A stretch of DNA of 64,000 bases from the human T2T-CHM13v2.0 reference genome, Homo sapiens. The notes beneath the pieces are model-generated. The model was not told the origin of the DNA. It did not search any database and saw only the letters and a list, made by a program, of their open reading frames with translations. A program made the position numbers and the translations under genes. Below, in pieces: positions 24,000 through 38,380 of this stretch. The stretch lies in NCBI RefSeq assembly GCF_009914755.1, contig NC_060929.1. One strand, given 5' to 3'. Each line of letters opens with the position of its first letter. Positions within the stretch are counted from its first letter, which is position 1.

Positions 24000-25690
24000 A
24001 CACCCAACGTGCAACAGTGACACTGAGTGAGGAAGACTGCAATAAACACGTCCATTCAAAAAGAGGACGATGATGGACAACAGCAGCCACGGGTTCATAG
24101 CATTTCCGAAATCTTTCCAGGCTCAGGTGTTTGCCCCTTCAGTGAGGGCCCAGTCCTGCTCCTTGGGAATGAGTCTCCAAGGCTCGTGGCTCTCCTGTCT
24201 GGGCTCCTGGCTCTGCCTTTTCTATAAGAAGTGGACTGCGGTTGCAGCTGTGTAGCTTTCTAGGTCTGCATCCTGACCAGACATTTGGGGGACTCCAAAG
24301 GCCTCTTTTCATTTTGACAACCTCTGTCTTCTTCAGTTAAGTATATTAATTCCTTTAAAAACTACATGAATTTTTATGTATCAATTTATAATTCATTCCA
24401 TTACACAAAAGCCATATTCACAAATCTTCTCAAGATAAATCCTTCTCTACCCTTAGACCTTCTGTGAGGCTACCACAGGGACAATGCCCTTGAAGGTCTT
24501 TAAAGCTAGACTGTTGTGTAGCTGAGAGGATCTATCAGACATGCCCTGAAATAAGCAGCGGGAATTTCGCTTAATGGAGAGTGTATGGGATACAGTACCC
24601 TGAACCTTTCTGATATCTTATTGAGGGCTCTTACTACCATGCCCTGAATTCTGTGAAGCTCTAGTTTACTGGAAGTGACCTTAATTTGATCTTAGCTCTG
24701 AGGTCATCCCTTCATTCACAAGCATTTTTCTCATTGGAAAAAATATTCTTGACTTGTCATTTCATCCACACTCTACTCAAAAACTAAATAGATGGTCTTC
24801 AGTTTATCTCTCTCCTTCCACATTTTATTACAAGCAGCAAGAAGAAGGCAGGTAGTGCTATGAATATTCTGCCTAGCAGTGTCCTCATTGAGATCATGGT
24901 TAGCTGTACTCCCATGTCCTGTGTCACTACAACACACAGTGTCGTCGAGTTTCTGTCTCTGTATAGCAAGAGTTTCTTACCTCCAGCCTCCAATAGCACT
25001 TTTCTTGCTTCCATTCAAGCCCTTCCAACCACCACATTGAGGACATTCAGTGAGGACATTCAGTGACTGGCTGCTGGGCTCAAAATCAATGTTGCAGGTT
25101 TTAGGTATGATTTTGCCAGCATTCCACTTCTAGGTACCACATTCTGTTCTAGTTCCCCATGAATATGTAACAATTCATTTCAATATTTAGTGACACAGAC
25201 AAACAACTATTTATTATGGCTGCAGATTCTGTAGGCCAGCATGGCTGGAGGGACTAGGCTGAGTGCTTCTCAGTGGGAGTTGCTTTGGAGGCTGCAGTCA
25301 GATGCAGGCTGGGCTGCAGTCATTTAAAACTCTGGTGGGCTGGATATTCAAGGGGCTCATTCACAGCTGAGTTCGTGCTGTCTGCTGTCTGGGAGCTGAG
25401 GTTGTCTGTCCCACAGAGTGCGTGCACTGTGGGTGGCTCCATCTTGCTTGGGAGACTCAAAACACCATGGCCGAGTTCTAAAAAAGAGTAACCTCAGTGG
25501 AAGCATCTGGGAGCAGGTGAACCTGGAGACCAAGGCAAGAGCTGCAGCCTTTTCTCGCCTAGCCTTGGAAGGCGTGTCATCTTACCTCTCCCACATATTT
25601 TTGGTTATAGTGAGACCTTAGTACTAGCTTCAAATCAAAGGGAGAGTAGATCACAACTCTCGATATAATTTGTGGTCATCTTTAATTCAT
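24000..25690 (-). mobile_element. Old MLT1 LTR (~25144-25690) with adjacent internal sequence
   Basis: 'ccacttctaggtaccacattctg' LTR/internal junction and MLT1-type LTR motifs; boundaries approximate. Confidence 0.5.
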
Positions 25691-26251
25691 CATGCCTACT
25701 TATCTATACAGCTCAGCTCCGTGGTGCTTTTCTCAGGAAAGGTTTCTCTGACCTCCTCTAGCAGGTGAAATCTGCCATGATTTTCCCCGTGCTATAAATT
25801 ACTCCACTGGGTAACTGAGGTGCACAGGTAGAATTTTACATTTATTTGTGTGACTGGGTGATAGTGTCAGTTTCCCCACCAAATTCTAATTTCTTGGAGG
25901 TTACACCCTTTACTTTCCCCGCAGCAGTTGTGATCTCAGCTCCTAGAACTGTTTTCAGTAAATATTAAACATTTGATAAACACTTGCTGAAGAATTAATG
26001 TATATGTTTGAAAGTTCTTGAAAAAAGTTCTAAGAGGTTGTTTGTGATGTTTCATCTTGCCCCCACCTTCTGTTCCACTATACTTGATCAATGTCCCTCT
26101 ACCAGTTTCTCTCTTCTCAGTTCGCACATTCATTTCCATCACTGTCCATGTCATTGTCATCTTTATTCTTCTGGTGCCCAGTACGGTGCCTGAAACTTTC
26201 AATAAACAATGAATGAATAATGGGAAAAGGGACTGTATTATATTATATCTT

Positions 26252-26547
<296 letters not shown>

Positions 26548-26581
26548 GATACTATATCTTCTTACACCATTTAATCTGTAG

Positions 26582-26663
26582 AGCCTTCCCTAAAGAATAA
26601 CGCTCTTTCTTTGCACAATTTTTGGGCTGTGGTAGAGAAAGGAGCTTCTCTATTTGCCTTTGG
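26582..26663 (+). pseudogene. Pseudo-exon, 82 bp (AFPKE*RSFFAQFLGCGRERSFSICLW)
   Basis: tttaatctgtag acceptor and TGG|gtaagc donor; phase 0 into the next exon; TAA at 26598. Confidence 0.55.
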
Positions 26664-27962
26664 GTAAGCGAAAATCTTAATCTGTCCTTCCCTTGCGTTG
26701 CAGTGTTGCTATCCATAGTGCTATGAAACAACAAAACAAAACAAAACAAACCCCCTAAGCCTGGGCGCCTTGGATGGTTCACTTGGCATGGTCATCTTGC
26801 ATTCCATCTGCCCAGAAACATGCTGTTTTTTAAAAAAATCTCTATTCCTAATATTAAAAACCCCAGGCTATAGGATGAAGTTTTCATCTGCTCTCCCCAC
26901 ACTGTTCTAGGAAACTGCCTTTTCGTGCAATAATAATATTAGCTACTACTAATGGGAGTTGCACTGTTAGGATGACTAGGGAATGCCTTATCCCCTTCAT
27001 CTGTTAGCGGGGCGGGAGTTGCTATTAAAAATGCCATATTTATTTATTATTCCTGATATTTAAAACCTGATATAATCTTTAGGATCTACTTAAGTCGCTG
27101 AATTTGGATCCCATGTGGAGGTCCTGTTAATAAAAAACGAGTGTTTCCATTTCCTTACTCTCTATCCCATTCAGTCCAACACTGGCTACTCTTCTTATAC
27201 CTTAATTTTATATACATAATATTATTTATAAATGTGTAAGATATATTAATAGAATATATATTCTTCTAACAGCCCTAGTTATAATATATATACATATACA
27301 CATACGTATGTATATGTACATATACACCATATATATGTATACATGTGTGCATTTTATGTGTATTTTATATACACACACACAAACAGCAGAATTCCTCTTG
27401 CTTTTCTCCACTCCTCACATTTATGCAGTCTCCCTTGCTAGATTATTGTAAGTTATAATTGAAACATTTCATATTAAAGGAAAGGGCTAAATATATTTAA
27501 CTTATGCATATAATGTTGTGTAAACAAAATGTGTACCAATAAGCAAGAAGGACTGGATAATATTTGCTGACCATGGTAAAATAGCTGACCCTTTGCAACG
27601 CAAATCCTCTTTATTTACTAACGGCAAGGTAAGGAAATGGTTCACGCTGAGGCTAAGCAGAAGAGAGGGGCGAATCAGGACAAAGCTGGTTTTCCCTGGC
27701 AGTGAAGGGTGCGCTTTGGCGTCAAGCTCTGCCTCCTTTTTTTGTATTTACACATTTAAAAGCATATGCCTTTCATTTCTATTATTAGGGTGTCAACAGC
27801 TATACGTAGAGCCTTTTTCATGTTTTTTTTTTTTTTGTGGTGCTTACAATTCATGGTAAAGTATTTGTTTCCTGAAGAAATGAATGCCAAAACCCCCGAG
27901 TTACACAGATCACATATGACATAGCTGTGATATGGGAACAGTTAATACCCAGCTTATTTCAG

Positions 27963-28054
27963 TACATTCTCTCAAGAGCCCGGCTTTCTGTTTTGATTGG
28001 AATGCATGCACTAACGTGTGAACACAGCCTCATCTTTCCCAGTCACCTTTCCAG
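27963..28054 (+). pseudogene. Pseudo-exon, 92 bp (YILSRARLSVLIGMHALTCEHSLIFPSHLS-R)
   Basis: cttatttcag acceptor and CAG|gtattc donor; stop-free; splices in phase to YRPWEVRW at 28986. Confidence 0.6.
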
Positions 28055-28138
28055 GTATTCACGAGGCCCAGATGAGACCAAATTCTGTGTGCCCACAAAC
28101 ATGTACCAAACAAGCCAAAATATCTGTGGAAAATATGA

Positions 28139-28511
<373 letters not shown>

Positions 28512-28799
28512 AAAGATACTGTTTGTAAATCTAAACCCCATGTATTTCTTTATGTTTATTTCCAACTCATGTGGCTTACACATATGTCTGGTAGTGTACA
28601 TGTAGTTTAAAAGAAGCACTCACTAAAAAGAAAGTAAAAATATGTGTAGAAAAATGAGACACGTTTATAACAGTAACTTTTTTCCTAGTGAAAATAATGC
28701 GCATTAGTCAAATTTTGAATTTGGAAAAAAATCCCAAAAACGAATCAATTTATTAGATTTTTCACAATATTAGATTAAAAATAAGTTAAAACACTGCAC

Positions 28800-29360
28800 T
28801 GTTGAAAAGCGGCATTTGCCCAGGCGTTTCCTCTTTACAGACGAGTCAGTGTCTTTGCCGTTTGGAACCTTGTCTTCACTATGGGATGGCACTTGATCGA
28901 GGCGGCCCCGCAGCCTGTTCCGCGGTGCTGGCGTCTCCCTCTCCCTGGCGAGGCTGCCCCGAACCCCTCTGCACCCTCCCTCCAGGTACCGCCCCTGGGA
29001 GGTCCGGTGGGGACCACGGCCCGCGACGGCCGCCGCACAGCCACCTCCCGGCGCGTGCAGTGCGGGCCCGGAGCCAACAGGTGGCACAAACGCATTTGAC
29101 TTGGGCATCGATCGCCGCGCCCGCCCGGGGCCGCACCTCCGCCGCCAGCGTCCCTCCAGCCCGGCCCCGATGCCGCGCAGGCGCAGTGCTCTTCTCTCCG
29201 CGGGCCGGGCCGGGTCAGGGTCAGCATCTGACCCGAGTCTGGGTCAAGCCAGGGCGGGCGGCAGGCAGCGGACGGCGGCGCCCAGGCAGTGCGCCCTCTG
29301 CTGGCCACTCGTGTACACGCTGGCTCCAGCCGGTGCTGCACTCCTGGCAGACAGGGGCCG
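28800..29360. promoter_or_regulatory. CpG island (candidate promoter) overlapping a pseudo-exon
   Basis: Very GC-rich with dense CpG and GC-box-like gggcgg/ccgccc motifs in an otherwise CpG-poor region. Confidence 0.85.
28986..29350 (+). pseudogene. Pseudo-exon within the CpG island; 3' end uncertain
   Basis: Acceptor ctctgcaccctccctccag; (R)YRPWEVRW...; later ALLSAGRAGSGSA, a possible decayed P-loop. Confidence 0.5.
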
Positions 29361-29615
29361 GGCAGGGGCCGGGCAGGGCTGGGCTGGGCTGGGCTGGGCT
29401 GGGCTGGGCTGGGCAGGGCAGGGCAGGGCTGGGCTGGGCTGGGCTGGGCTGGGCAGGGGCTTGAGCAGGGTTGGGCAGGGGCTGGACAGGGGTTTGGGCT
29501 GGGCAGGGCAGGGCTGGGCAGGGGCTTGGCAAGGCTAGGCTGAGCTGGACAGGGGTTTGGCAGGGGTTGGGCAGGGCGGGGCCTGGGCAGAGCTGAGCAG
29601 GGCTGGGCAGGAGCC
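29355..29615 (+). repeat. (GGGCT/GGGCA)n pentamer tract, G-quadruplex-capable
   Basis: Dozens of GGG runs with 2-nt loops, degenerating to the right. Confidence 0.93.
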
Positions 29616-31559
29616 AAAGAGGGGCTGGACAGAGGTTTGGGCTGGGGGGATGGAGGGGGGCTGGTCCCCTGCTGGTCCCCAGGATGAATGAGAATCCAGA
29701 GTAGAAAGGCTGCATTATTATTACCATTATTATTTGAGGAGTATCAAGTGCTTCATTTAAACACCTTCCCCAGTCCCTTCCCACAGTGCAGGGAGCTTAG
29801 GAACACGCAGCTCGGGAGCTGGCACCTGCCTCCCCACCCCCTTCCTTCTGGAAGGCTCCTGTCTGAGCCAGCGCCAGCAGGAGGGGCCCGAGCTGGGAAG
29901 GGAGGCCTGTCACTCGGAGGTTCCAACTCACTGGAGAGGAGCCTCGCCTCAACTTGTTTTTAATGTGTCAAATCGCAAAGTCACTTCCCAGCAATAAGGT
30001 GTGAAGGGGTTACAGCCTCCCGAGGGCCCTCCAGGAGGCTGTGGCACAGGCCTTTGTTTTCTGCCTGGCAGAGTGATGGGCCTGCTTCCACCCGGCATGC
30101 CTCAGCCCACAATTTGTCACTTAGGAAGCCTCTCTTGTGAAGTTTACACCTGCCTTGATCGCTGTTAGTGGTGCCCTGCCTTAGGGGGCACCTTATAGCT
30201 TCCGAGGTCCCTCCCTGGCCCATCCCCACAAGCCTGGGTTTGTGAGACGGGCTTTCCCTGCAGCCCTTTCCAAAGCCCCGTATGTCTTGTACCCATTTCC
30301 CCAAGCCCACACCCAGAAAGGGGATATTGGGGGGCCCCACGGTGTTCTGACAAAACAGGACCTCAATTCGGACCTGGTTAACTTTCTGGCTGTTATAGTC
30401 AGAACAGATTTGTCTCTAGGAGAACTCGGCACCCTCCATTCTGCTCGTAGGCAGCAAGCCTTGCCGTAGCCCCATGGAGAGGCGCCGAGTAGAGCAGATG
30501 GCCTTTACCGGGGCCTGTTCTGTACTGCGTGCTAAGCTACACACAGTCCTTCGTACATCACAATATGGCTCTATTGTTGTTTACATTTTACAGATCAGGG
30601 AATTGAGGCTTAAGGTGACTAGCTTTCCTGTAGCTGAGCAAAGCCATCGGGCTAGGTATGCTTACCCTAGAGCCTCGGCGTGTGGGCAGATTCTACTTGC
30701 CCCTTGGAGAAGGGGGGCTCGATGGGCTCTGCCGTAACAGAGGGGAGGGGTCAGCCCTTGTGGCCTCAAGTTAGGATACATGGGGCTCAGGTCTCTTCAA
30801 TCCTGTTCTTTTGCCAGAAATGAACCCCCATTATCTCCAATGGACTCCCAGAGCTGCTCCTGTTTTATCTCCGACACCCATCTCCTTCTTGCCCAAGTCT
30901 GAAGGAGGCTCAGCATCTGGGAAGGCACTCAGGACGGGGCAGGGGTCTCAAGGCAGGGGACGCAGACATAGTCATTTTAGTGTGAAAGAGCTATTCTGAG
31001 CATCGATTAAATAAACCACCAGAAACTAAAACAGGATTCTAGATCTCATCTGCACTAACATTGTAAGTGCTTTATATGTTTTCACCCAAAATGACTGAAT
31101 TTGGAAAGAATGGATTAAATGGGATTGAAAGAGGGCAAAAGATAAAGGATTTCAAATTTCATCTTTGCATCTAAATTTCAGGCTATTTAAGGACAAGGTC
31201 CAAACCGTCATAGTAGCTAAGGGAATATCTGTTGAACAATGAATGCGCCTGATTTTGTCTGGCAGAGTGAATTTATGAGGTTGACATTTTAAGAAGTCAA
31301 AATTTTAGCTCATTTCAAACAGTGGAGCATAGCTAAAGCCTTGTTCCTTCTGGTAGCAGTCCCTCCAGATTGAAGTCTGACTTTGATGTAGTATTGACCT
31401 TTTATAAGTCCCTGTGAAATGCAAGGTCTGATGCTTTGGGAAAGCACACAGTCAAATATTTTTTTCTCTTTAATTGATACCACTTAAAAATTCATGCAAG
31501 GGCTGGAACATTAATTGCCAATTATTTTCATAGAAATTTTTAAGAAAAACGTGAAAACC

Positions 31560-32330
31560 AAATAGAAGGGATATAAACAGTCAAAGCAAGAAAGGAAATT
31601 TGGAACACCCGGTACGCTTTAGGAACGTGTGGAGCCTCAGGGTGAGTCAAGATGCACAAATTAATAAAATAAAAAAATGAAAACACCAGTTTTCACGCAC
31701 CAAATCGGCACGTCCACTTTTGTGGTGGCGCTTAGTGTTGGTGACGGTGCAGCGGCACAGCCCGTCCGTGGGTGGCTGGTGGAGGTGTCGGTCAGCTCTG
31801 CGTCCGTGGAAAGCAATTTGGCCACGCTTATCATGAACACTCTCTTCCGTTGCTTTGACCCAATAATTCCCCGTCTAGAAAAAGAAAAGTATCACAAGGA
31901 AACCAGAAAGTCACATTTATGTAACTGTCATCACAGTATAATTTACAATAAGGGAAAAGCTGGGAACAACCCACTTTTGTAAGAGCAGAGGTGCTAAACT
32001 AAATATAGTGACCCAGGCTATAAGTCGGCAGCGTTTCAGAGACGTAGACGGAGCCGAGCACTGCGGTGCTAAGTGAGAAAGGCAAGATGAAAAGCTACAA
32101 AAACGGAACACTTGTGAATTTACGAAAATCGTATATTAATATATATTATATACAAAATATTTTATGTGTATTCAACATATATTTAAATAGACATTATATG
32201 TGTCTATCCTGGAAGGAAAATCAGATGAGATGGTAGTAGCAATCCCTTGGTGAGGAGGTTTAATGGGTAATTTTAAAAGGTGTATTATTTTATATGTTCC
32301 AAATTTCTAAAGATATCTTCTTCTTTCATA
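31560..32330 (+). mobile_element. Old L1ME-like 3' fragment, unusually CpG-rich
   Basis: 'gaaagcaatttgg', 'ctttgacccaataattcc', 'cacagtataatttacaata'. Confidence 0.5.
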
Positions 32331-33252
32331 ATTTCAGAAAATAATAAAGGTCTTTCCCCAAGAAGCAATTTGCCCACCTACTGTACTTGTGTCCTGACAA
32401 TATTATCACGAGACTGTTTTAAGGCTGCAGTTCATTAAGCATTCTAGACAACGCACGCCCTCGTCTTCACCCAGACAGGCAGCTCCCGGGATCACTCTGC
32501 ACCCAGAGGGCTCCCGAGCCATGGTGGCCTTTCCCAGGACGCGCTCAGAGCCAGGATGTAAAGGTCCCTGCCAGCTGATTGTGCCAACTGTGCCTCTTTA
32601 AGTGCAGGAGCCCCTGAAAATCAGCCGAATCAATCACAGAGTTACAGCCTGAGGTTAACACTTTGGCACGGCCAGATTTCAAAAGGGGATCATGAAAATC
32701 ATGGCTGGGGGACTGGCCGCAGCTGGGTTGCTTGTGCTGAAACGTTGGCCAAGAGGTCACCTTCAGAGGTAGGAAGACAGGCAAATGTTCTCAGCTGATT
32801 CAACGGAGCAGCCCAGTTTCAAAGTATGTCAGAGTTCATAGATCTGCTTGCTGGGTGTTCTGCTGCCTATGTGTGTAAATATAGGCAGTGCAGTGAGACT
32901 TCTAAGCCCTGAAACAGAAAATAGGCATCCACGGAAATACAATTCCACAGACAAAGGCTCTTGTGAGATCACTGTTGCAGTTTAAGTCCTTGTTGGATGC
33001 TCAGGATGGCGGGCATGGAGGGTTGTCTCTGCTCTAACCGCGCGAATGTCTCAACTCCCTCGACATTTCTTGAGCTTCTTCACCTGAAAGCTGGGGATCA
33101 CACTGTCCCCTAGAGCTGGCGCCTGTCCCTAGAGCTGGCTGTGAGCACTGAATGAGGAAATGTGCACATGGGAGGAGCCCGGCGCCTGGCTTGGGTCCTG
33201 CTGATGCAGTATCCTTCCCTACCCGTCTATGCACCCCCACTTGGTAGCATAA

Positions 33253-33882
<630 letters not shown>

Positions 33883-34819
33883 TGAAACCCGTAGGTTAAC
33901 ATTTAACCATGCCAATAGATTGTGTCGAATAGACTGTGACTCCTAAGACCTCCCTGGGTCAGTTATGGGCCCCTCCGTGAGTCGATCTGCTGCTTGTACT
34001 GGAGGGACAAGCTCCGGGGATGCTCTGCAATTCCACTGCTTCTGTTCAACCCTGCCTCAGCTACCTACAACATGTACAATATTTAAGGACTTTGAGCCTC
34101 AACTGGGAAATGTGATGTTAATGTAGGATCCATATTTTTGTAATACAGCCAAGAAGCAGAATTATAAAACCAGTAATAAATACCTGAAATGTTTCCTTTC
34201 CATTTTAAACAAATACATGGCACCAACCAGCCAATGTTTTGATGTGGAGACCAAGTCTTTTCTTTGAGCATAAGTTATTGACTGGAGTTGAGCAGATATA
34301 TTTTTCTTTTCTTTTTTTTTCTTTGTAAACCATATGCATTGTATATTGACCTCAACTTACAAGTTGGGTTTCTTTCAAACAGGTCAAGAACATACAATGC
34401 TTACAACACAATCTGAGTGAAGACTCCTTCTACATTTCTGAGAGATTTTCCCAATCTTTTATGGTGATTTTATCCAATCTTAATTTCACAGTAACTGTGG
34501 TGAGTCACTTTTCTTACTAGCAGATGTTTCCCAAGCACTTGACTTGGTTTCCATGAAAAAATAACCCTGCCTTCACATTTGTCAGATTGTATAACATTTA
34601 ATTAACATGCATATTTACAATAGAAATATGCCTGCCATAAGCACATTTTTGAAAAACTAAATATGACCTTCGGAAAGCACATGAGTGAGAGGGGACTGGT
34701 GATGGATGTGGGTGCGCAGCGGCCGCCTCTGCACTGGGGCAGTCCCGGGGGACATTGTACAGAGAAGCTGGAGGGCACGGGGTATCCATCCTGAGACCTG
34801 GATGGGAGGAAATGAGCTA

Positions 34820-35195
34820 AGAGGACACCCCCCCAAGAGGGTATGTTAAAATCCTTACCTGCAGCACCTCGAGAGTGGCCTTATTGAGGTCACTAAGGTG
34901 GGCCCCAGTCCATTGTAACTGGAGGCCTCACAAAAGGGGGAAATGTGGACACAGAGACAGACATGCACACAGAGAAGGTGATGTGAAGAGACACGGGGGG
35001 AAGGTGGCTGTGTAACGAAGGGATTGGAGCATGTGTCTGCAAGGTAAGGAATCCCCAAAACTGCTGGCAAACCACTAGACACTAAGAGAGGGATGTGCAA
35101 CAGATTCTCCTTCACGGCCTCAGGAGGGACAAACCCTGCTGACACCTTCAGCGTGGACGTTGGCATTCGAGCACTGAGACAGTAAATGTCTGTTA
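34820..35195 (+). mobile_element. MLT1B-like LTR
   Basis: 'ggggaaatgtggacacagagacagacatgcac', 'accctgctgacacctt', 'actgagacagtaaatgtctgtt'. Confidence 0.7.
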
Positions 35196-35699
35196 ACTAA
35201 CACCTGCCTCCCGCCACCTCCCAGCTCTCCAGTTTCACGGATTTCTCTTTAGTCCTCAAATCTCGGGTCTTGGACTTCTCTTCTTTGGGTGTCCTCTCTG
35301 TCTGTCAGATCTCATTCAGTTTTGTGGCTTAAGTAACATCCATAAGCCAATGACCCAGACTTTTATGTCTCTAGCTCAGACCTCTCTCCCCAAATCCAGA
35401 CCTATATGTTCAATTGCCTCTTGCTACCTTGCTTGATGTTCTAATAGGAATTTTCTCCCCCAAACCCATCCTTCCAGAAAATTAAGGGAGGTGTCTGGGG
35501 GAGAATGGGAGCCAGAACTCACCTGTGTGGAGGTTGGTCCTTCAGTGGAACCCTGCGGATGCTGTCACTGGGGGTTTCCCCTGGTAATGCTGCTTTTCAG
35601 CCTGCTCATTCCCGTGTGAAGCCACTGTCTAAGAAGCACTGCCCACGTGTACAGTAATCCACAAAATAGAGAAACCTGGCTCTGAAGGAAACAGACAGT

Positions 35700-37340
35700 T
35701 TGGGGAACAAAAGAAAACATTGGACCATCTCTAATATTCTCAGAGAAAATTCAAGGAGATATTGTATCTTTTAAATAAGAGCATCTTTTAGATAATCAAG
35801 AAACAGGGGGTTTATCCCAAAACACAGTGATTATGGGCTTCAGACTTTCAAAAGAAAGTGACTTCCTGTCTAGAATTCTACGCACTGGAGGCAGATGCCC
35901 ATGGTGTGCTCTGCAAAGCCTGTCCTGAGAGGGTGACTGCATCCTACCATGACCCTTGCAGATCATTGCGGAAGGGCTTTCTCTGGCCAAAGGAGGCAAC
36001 CTGTGCAGTTGAGACAATTCAGGCAGTCAACACTTCTGGGAGTAGCCCTCACACAGGGAATGGGGGTTTCGCCGATTACTCTGGTTTCCTCCCAGCTTGA
36101 ATGAGATGACTTGGAGAACATGCCTACCACACAGTCTGCCAGAGGTCCTGCTGCTCATAGTGGTAACCTTCACTTTGAGGCACATCATATTGGTTTGCTT
36201 TCTTTTCCTCACTTTTGCACTCACCTACAAGAGATTCTTCAGAGTACCTCCCATGCAAACTGCTGGCACTTACTTCTTTGTCCCAGGGTATTTGTTGGGA
36301 GAGCCCAGCCTTAGATACAAGTCAAACTATTATTAACTATGCAAATAGCATCAATAAACTGTGAATATGCAAAGATTCATGCCCCAACCCTTTCTAAAGA
36401 TATTACATGAAGATGTACTGCAACAAAATAATGGAGAAAATCAAGAAGATATGGATCTGAGAAACAGGGGATACAACTCAGGACATTGAGAAATTGAAGT
36501 CCCAGGATAATAGGGGTACAGAGCAATAAGTCCAGGAGAATAGAGTTCTCCAAAAGGGAAGTCCCTGGGAAGAAAAAAATAATAATGGTGGGTGATTTCA
36601 TTGATAGTGCTTTTAAAATATCAAATCTTAAGAACATGGTAAAAAGAACATGGTAGAAACAACTAATGCAGAAAAACAAGGCAATTAGAAACTCCAGAAA
36701 AACCAAAAAGCTCTAAAAGGAAGGAAATATAATTATAGCATATGATTCCACTTTGCAGCAAATAATATACCAAGACCATAATATAAATATGGTTCATTGA
36801 TTTTCTAAGCTTTAGAACCAATATAGACAGAATTCAGAGAATTCTTAATTATGATTATGGGATAGAATGCAAATGCAATCAAACTTGACAATATAAAGTA
36901 AAATATAGAGAGAATCTGGAAGAAGAATTGGAACAGGTGGAAGGGAGAGATGATGAATTAATGGAAATACAGAGGATGTAACGATTTCATCTTGTGAAGC
37001 AGGAAACCATCCACACTATAGTTAACAAAACAAGAAGTAGAATTGCAATTATATGATAAAAGTAATCAACATGGGAACCAAAAATAATACAGTAGGTATA
37101 TTGGTCAAATGTGGAGAGGGGGAAGTAATACAAATGAGCTGCAATCTCCCACTGTAGACAGCCAATAGGTTTAATACCAAAAATTGATAAATCAATAAAT
37201 AGTGCTATAACATATTATTAAGAGATACGGAGGTAAAAATAACCAGAAGAACTAATAATGGAAATAATTAAAATGTGGAATGTGTGGTTGGGGTGCAGAG
37301 TGAGAGCTCTGTTGCTTTTTTACTGTTTGATTTAAAAGTC
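35700..37340 (+). mobile_element. Old L1M fragments (patchy)
   Basis: A-rich sense-strand L1M-like sequence; boundaries approximate. Confidence 0.4.
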
Positions 37341-37603
37341 AACAATCAAATGTGTTGTTTTTGTAACAACTTAAGAATGCAATTTAAAATGCTTTGTAAT
37401 TTAGTAACCTACAAAGTATCTTTTCCTGTTTTCCTGTGCTGTTAATTTTACAGCTAAATGTGCATGGTTTTAATTGCCTGTCAATCGAGTTCACTCCCGC
37501 CACTGACCCTCTCTTGTGATGGATAATTGAGAACTGACTCTGTTAAGGAACAAAGAGCTTAAAATAGCTGCTGTACTAGTGCATGGCACATCATCATGTC
37601 TAG

Positions 37604-37887
37604 ATAATGAACTCCCAATACCAAATGTTTTCATGATGGCACATCCCGTGACACCTGCTTTTCAATGACAACGAGGTATCTAAAAGAGAGGAGGTGGCTG
37701 ATGGTGTGGCTGATGGCATGCCCCACCTCCTTGATGTCCCTGCTAGCCCCTGTGCTGCAGCCCACATGAAGTGTGGACCCAGCCTCTTCAAGCAGCAACT
37801 TTGCCTAATTAAACCTGACCAGAATTACCCTCATTATAGCACAACTCGCGATAACATCCCAGCGACCTTGTTCCCCAGAACCCTGTG
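37604..37887 (+). pseudogene. Pseudo-exon IMNSQYQMFS*WHIP*HLLFNDNE...DNIPATLFPRTL
   Basis: tgtctag acceptor and GTG|gtgaga donor; ~94 codons with two TGA (37634, 37649); loose similarity to GREB1 YQLY...IP...IKSPTF. Confidence 0.4.
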
Positions 37888-38240
37888 GTGAGAAGCAGGT
37901 TCAGTTCTATTTTTGGCTTCTAACAAATGAAGCATTTCTCCCAAACTGCAGAAATAGACAAATAAAAGACACTGGCAGGAATCAATCCAGAAACAGAGGC
38001 TGGGAATGGTCATTGAGAAAAGTCACGTGCTTTTAATATTGCAGTATGAAACTCAACAACACGATAACACCCAGATGGTTCTGCAATTTGTGTTAGTGCA
38101 GTGTCTGAGGTCATTAATTGGGCGGAAATAACCATCTTTTAAAATCACCAGTGAGAAGTGTTTGTGAAGCCACAGAATTAGCTCTGGAAGTAACTCCAGG
38201 GTTTATTTAGCCCCACTTCCTCATTTCTGAATTGAGGCTT

Positions 38241-38380
38241 TTGAGGCCCACAGAGATGGAATCGACCCCTGTTCCACACCATCCCCAGGACTGCGGGTCG
38301 AGTGGTTTGCTTGAAGCTCACAAAGTTGGAATCGGCCCCTCTTCCACACCATCCCCAGGACTGCAGGTTGAGTGGTTTGG
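38241..38380. repeat. Tandem duplication, 2 x 70 bp
   Basis: ggaatcg.cccct.ttccacaccatccccaggactgc.ggt.gagtggtttg occurs twice. Confidence 0.9.

Larger units (their letters stand above)
26566..28123 (-). ncRNA. Candidate antisense spliced transcript from the CpG island (exons 28047-28123 and 26566-26720)
   Basis: Minus-strand ttttccacag / AAG|gtgact and (ttttg)n-tttcatag / |gtaaga site pairs. No expression evidence available. Confidence 0.35.

Noticed and set aside
26582-28054. Alternative frame PSLKNNALSLHNFWAVVEKGASLFAFG/TFSQEPG...
   Set aside because: It is also phase-compatible but puts two stops in the second exon and loses the ILSRA...EVRW similarity. Not fully excluded.
28770-29784. 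Long ORFs over the CpG island and pentamer tract as intact genes
   Set aside because: Stop codons are rare in GC-rich DNA, and the products are low-complexity in all frames.
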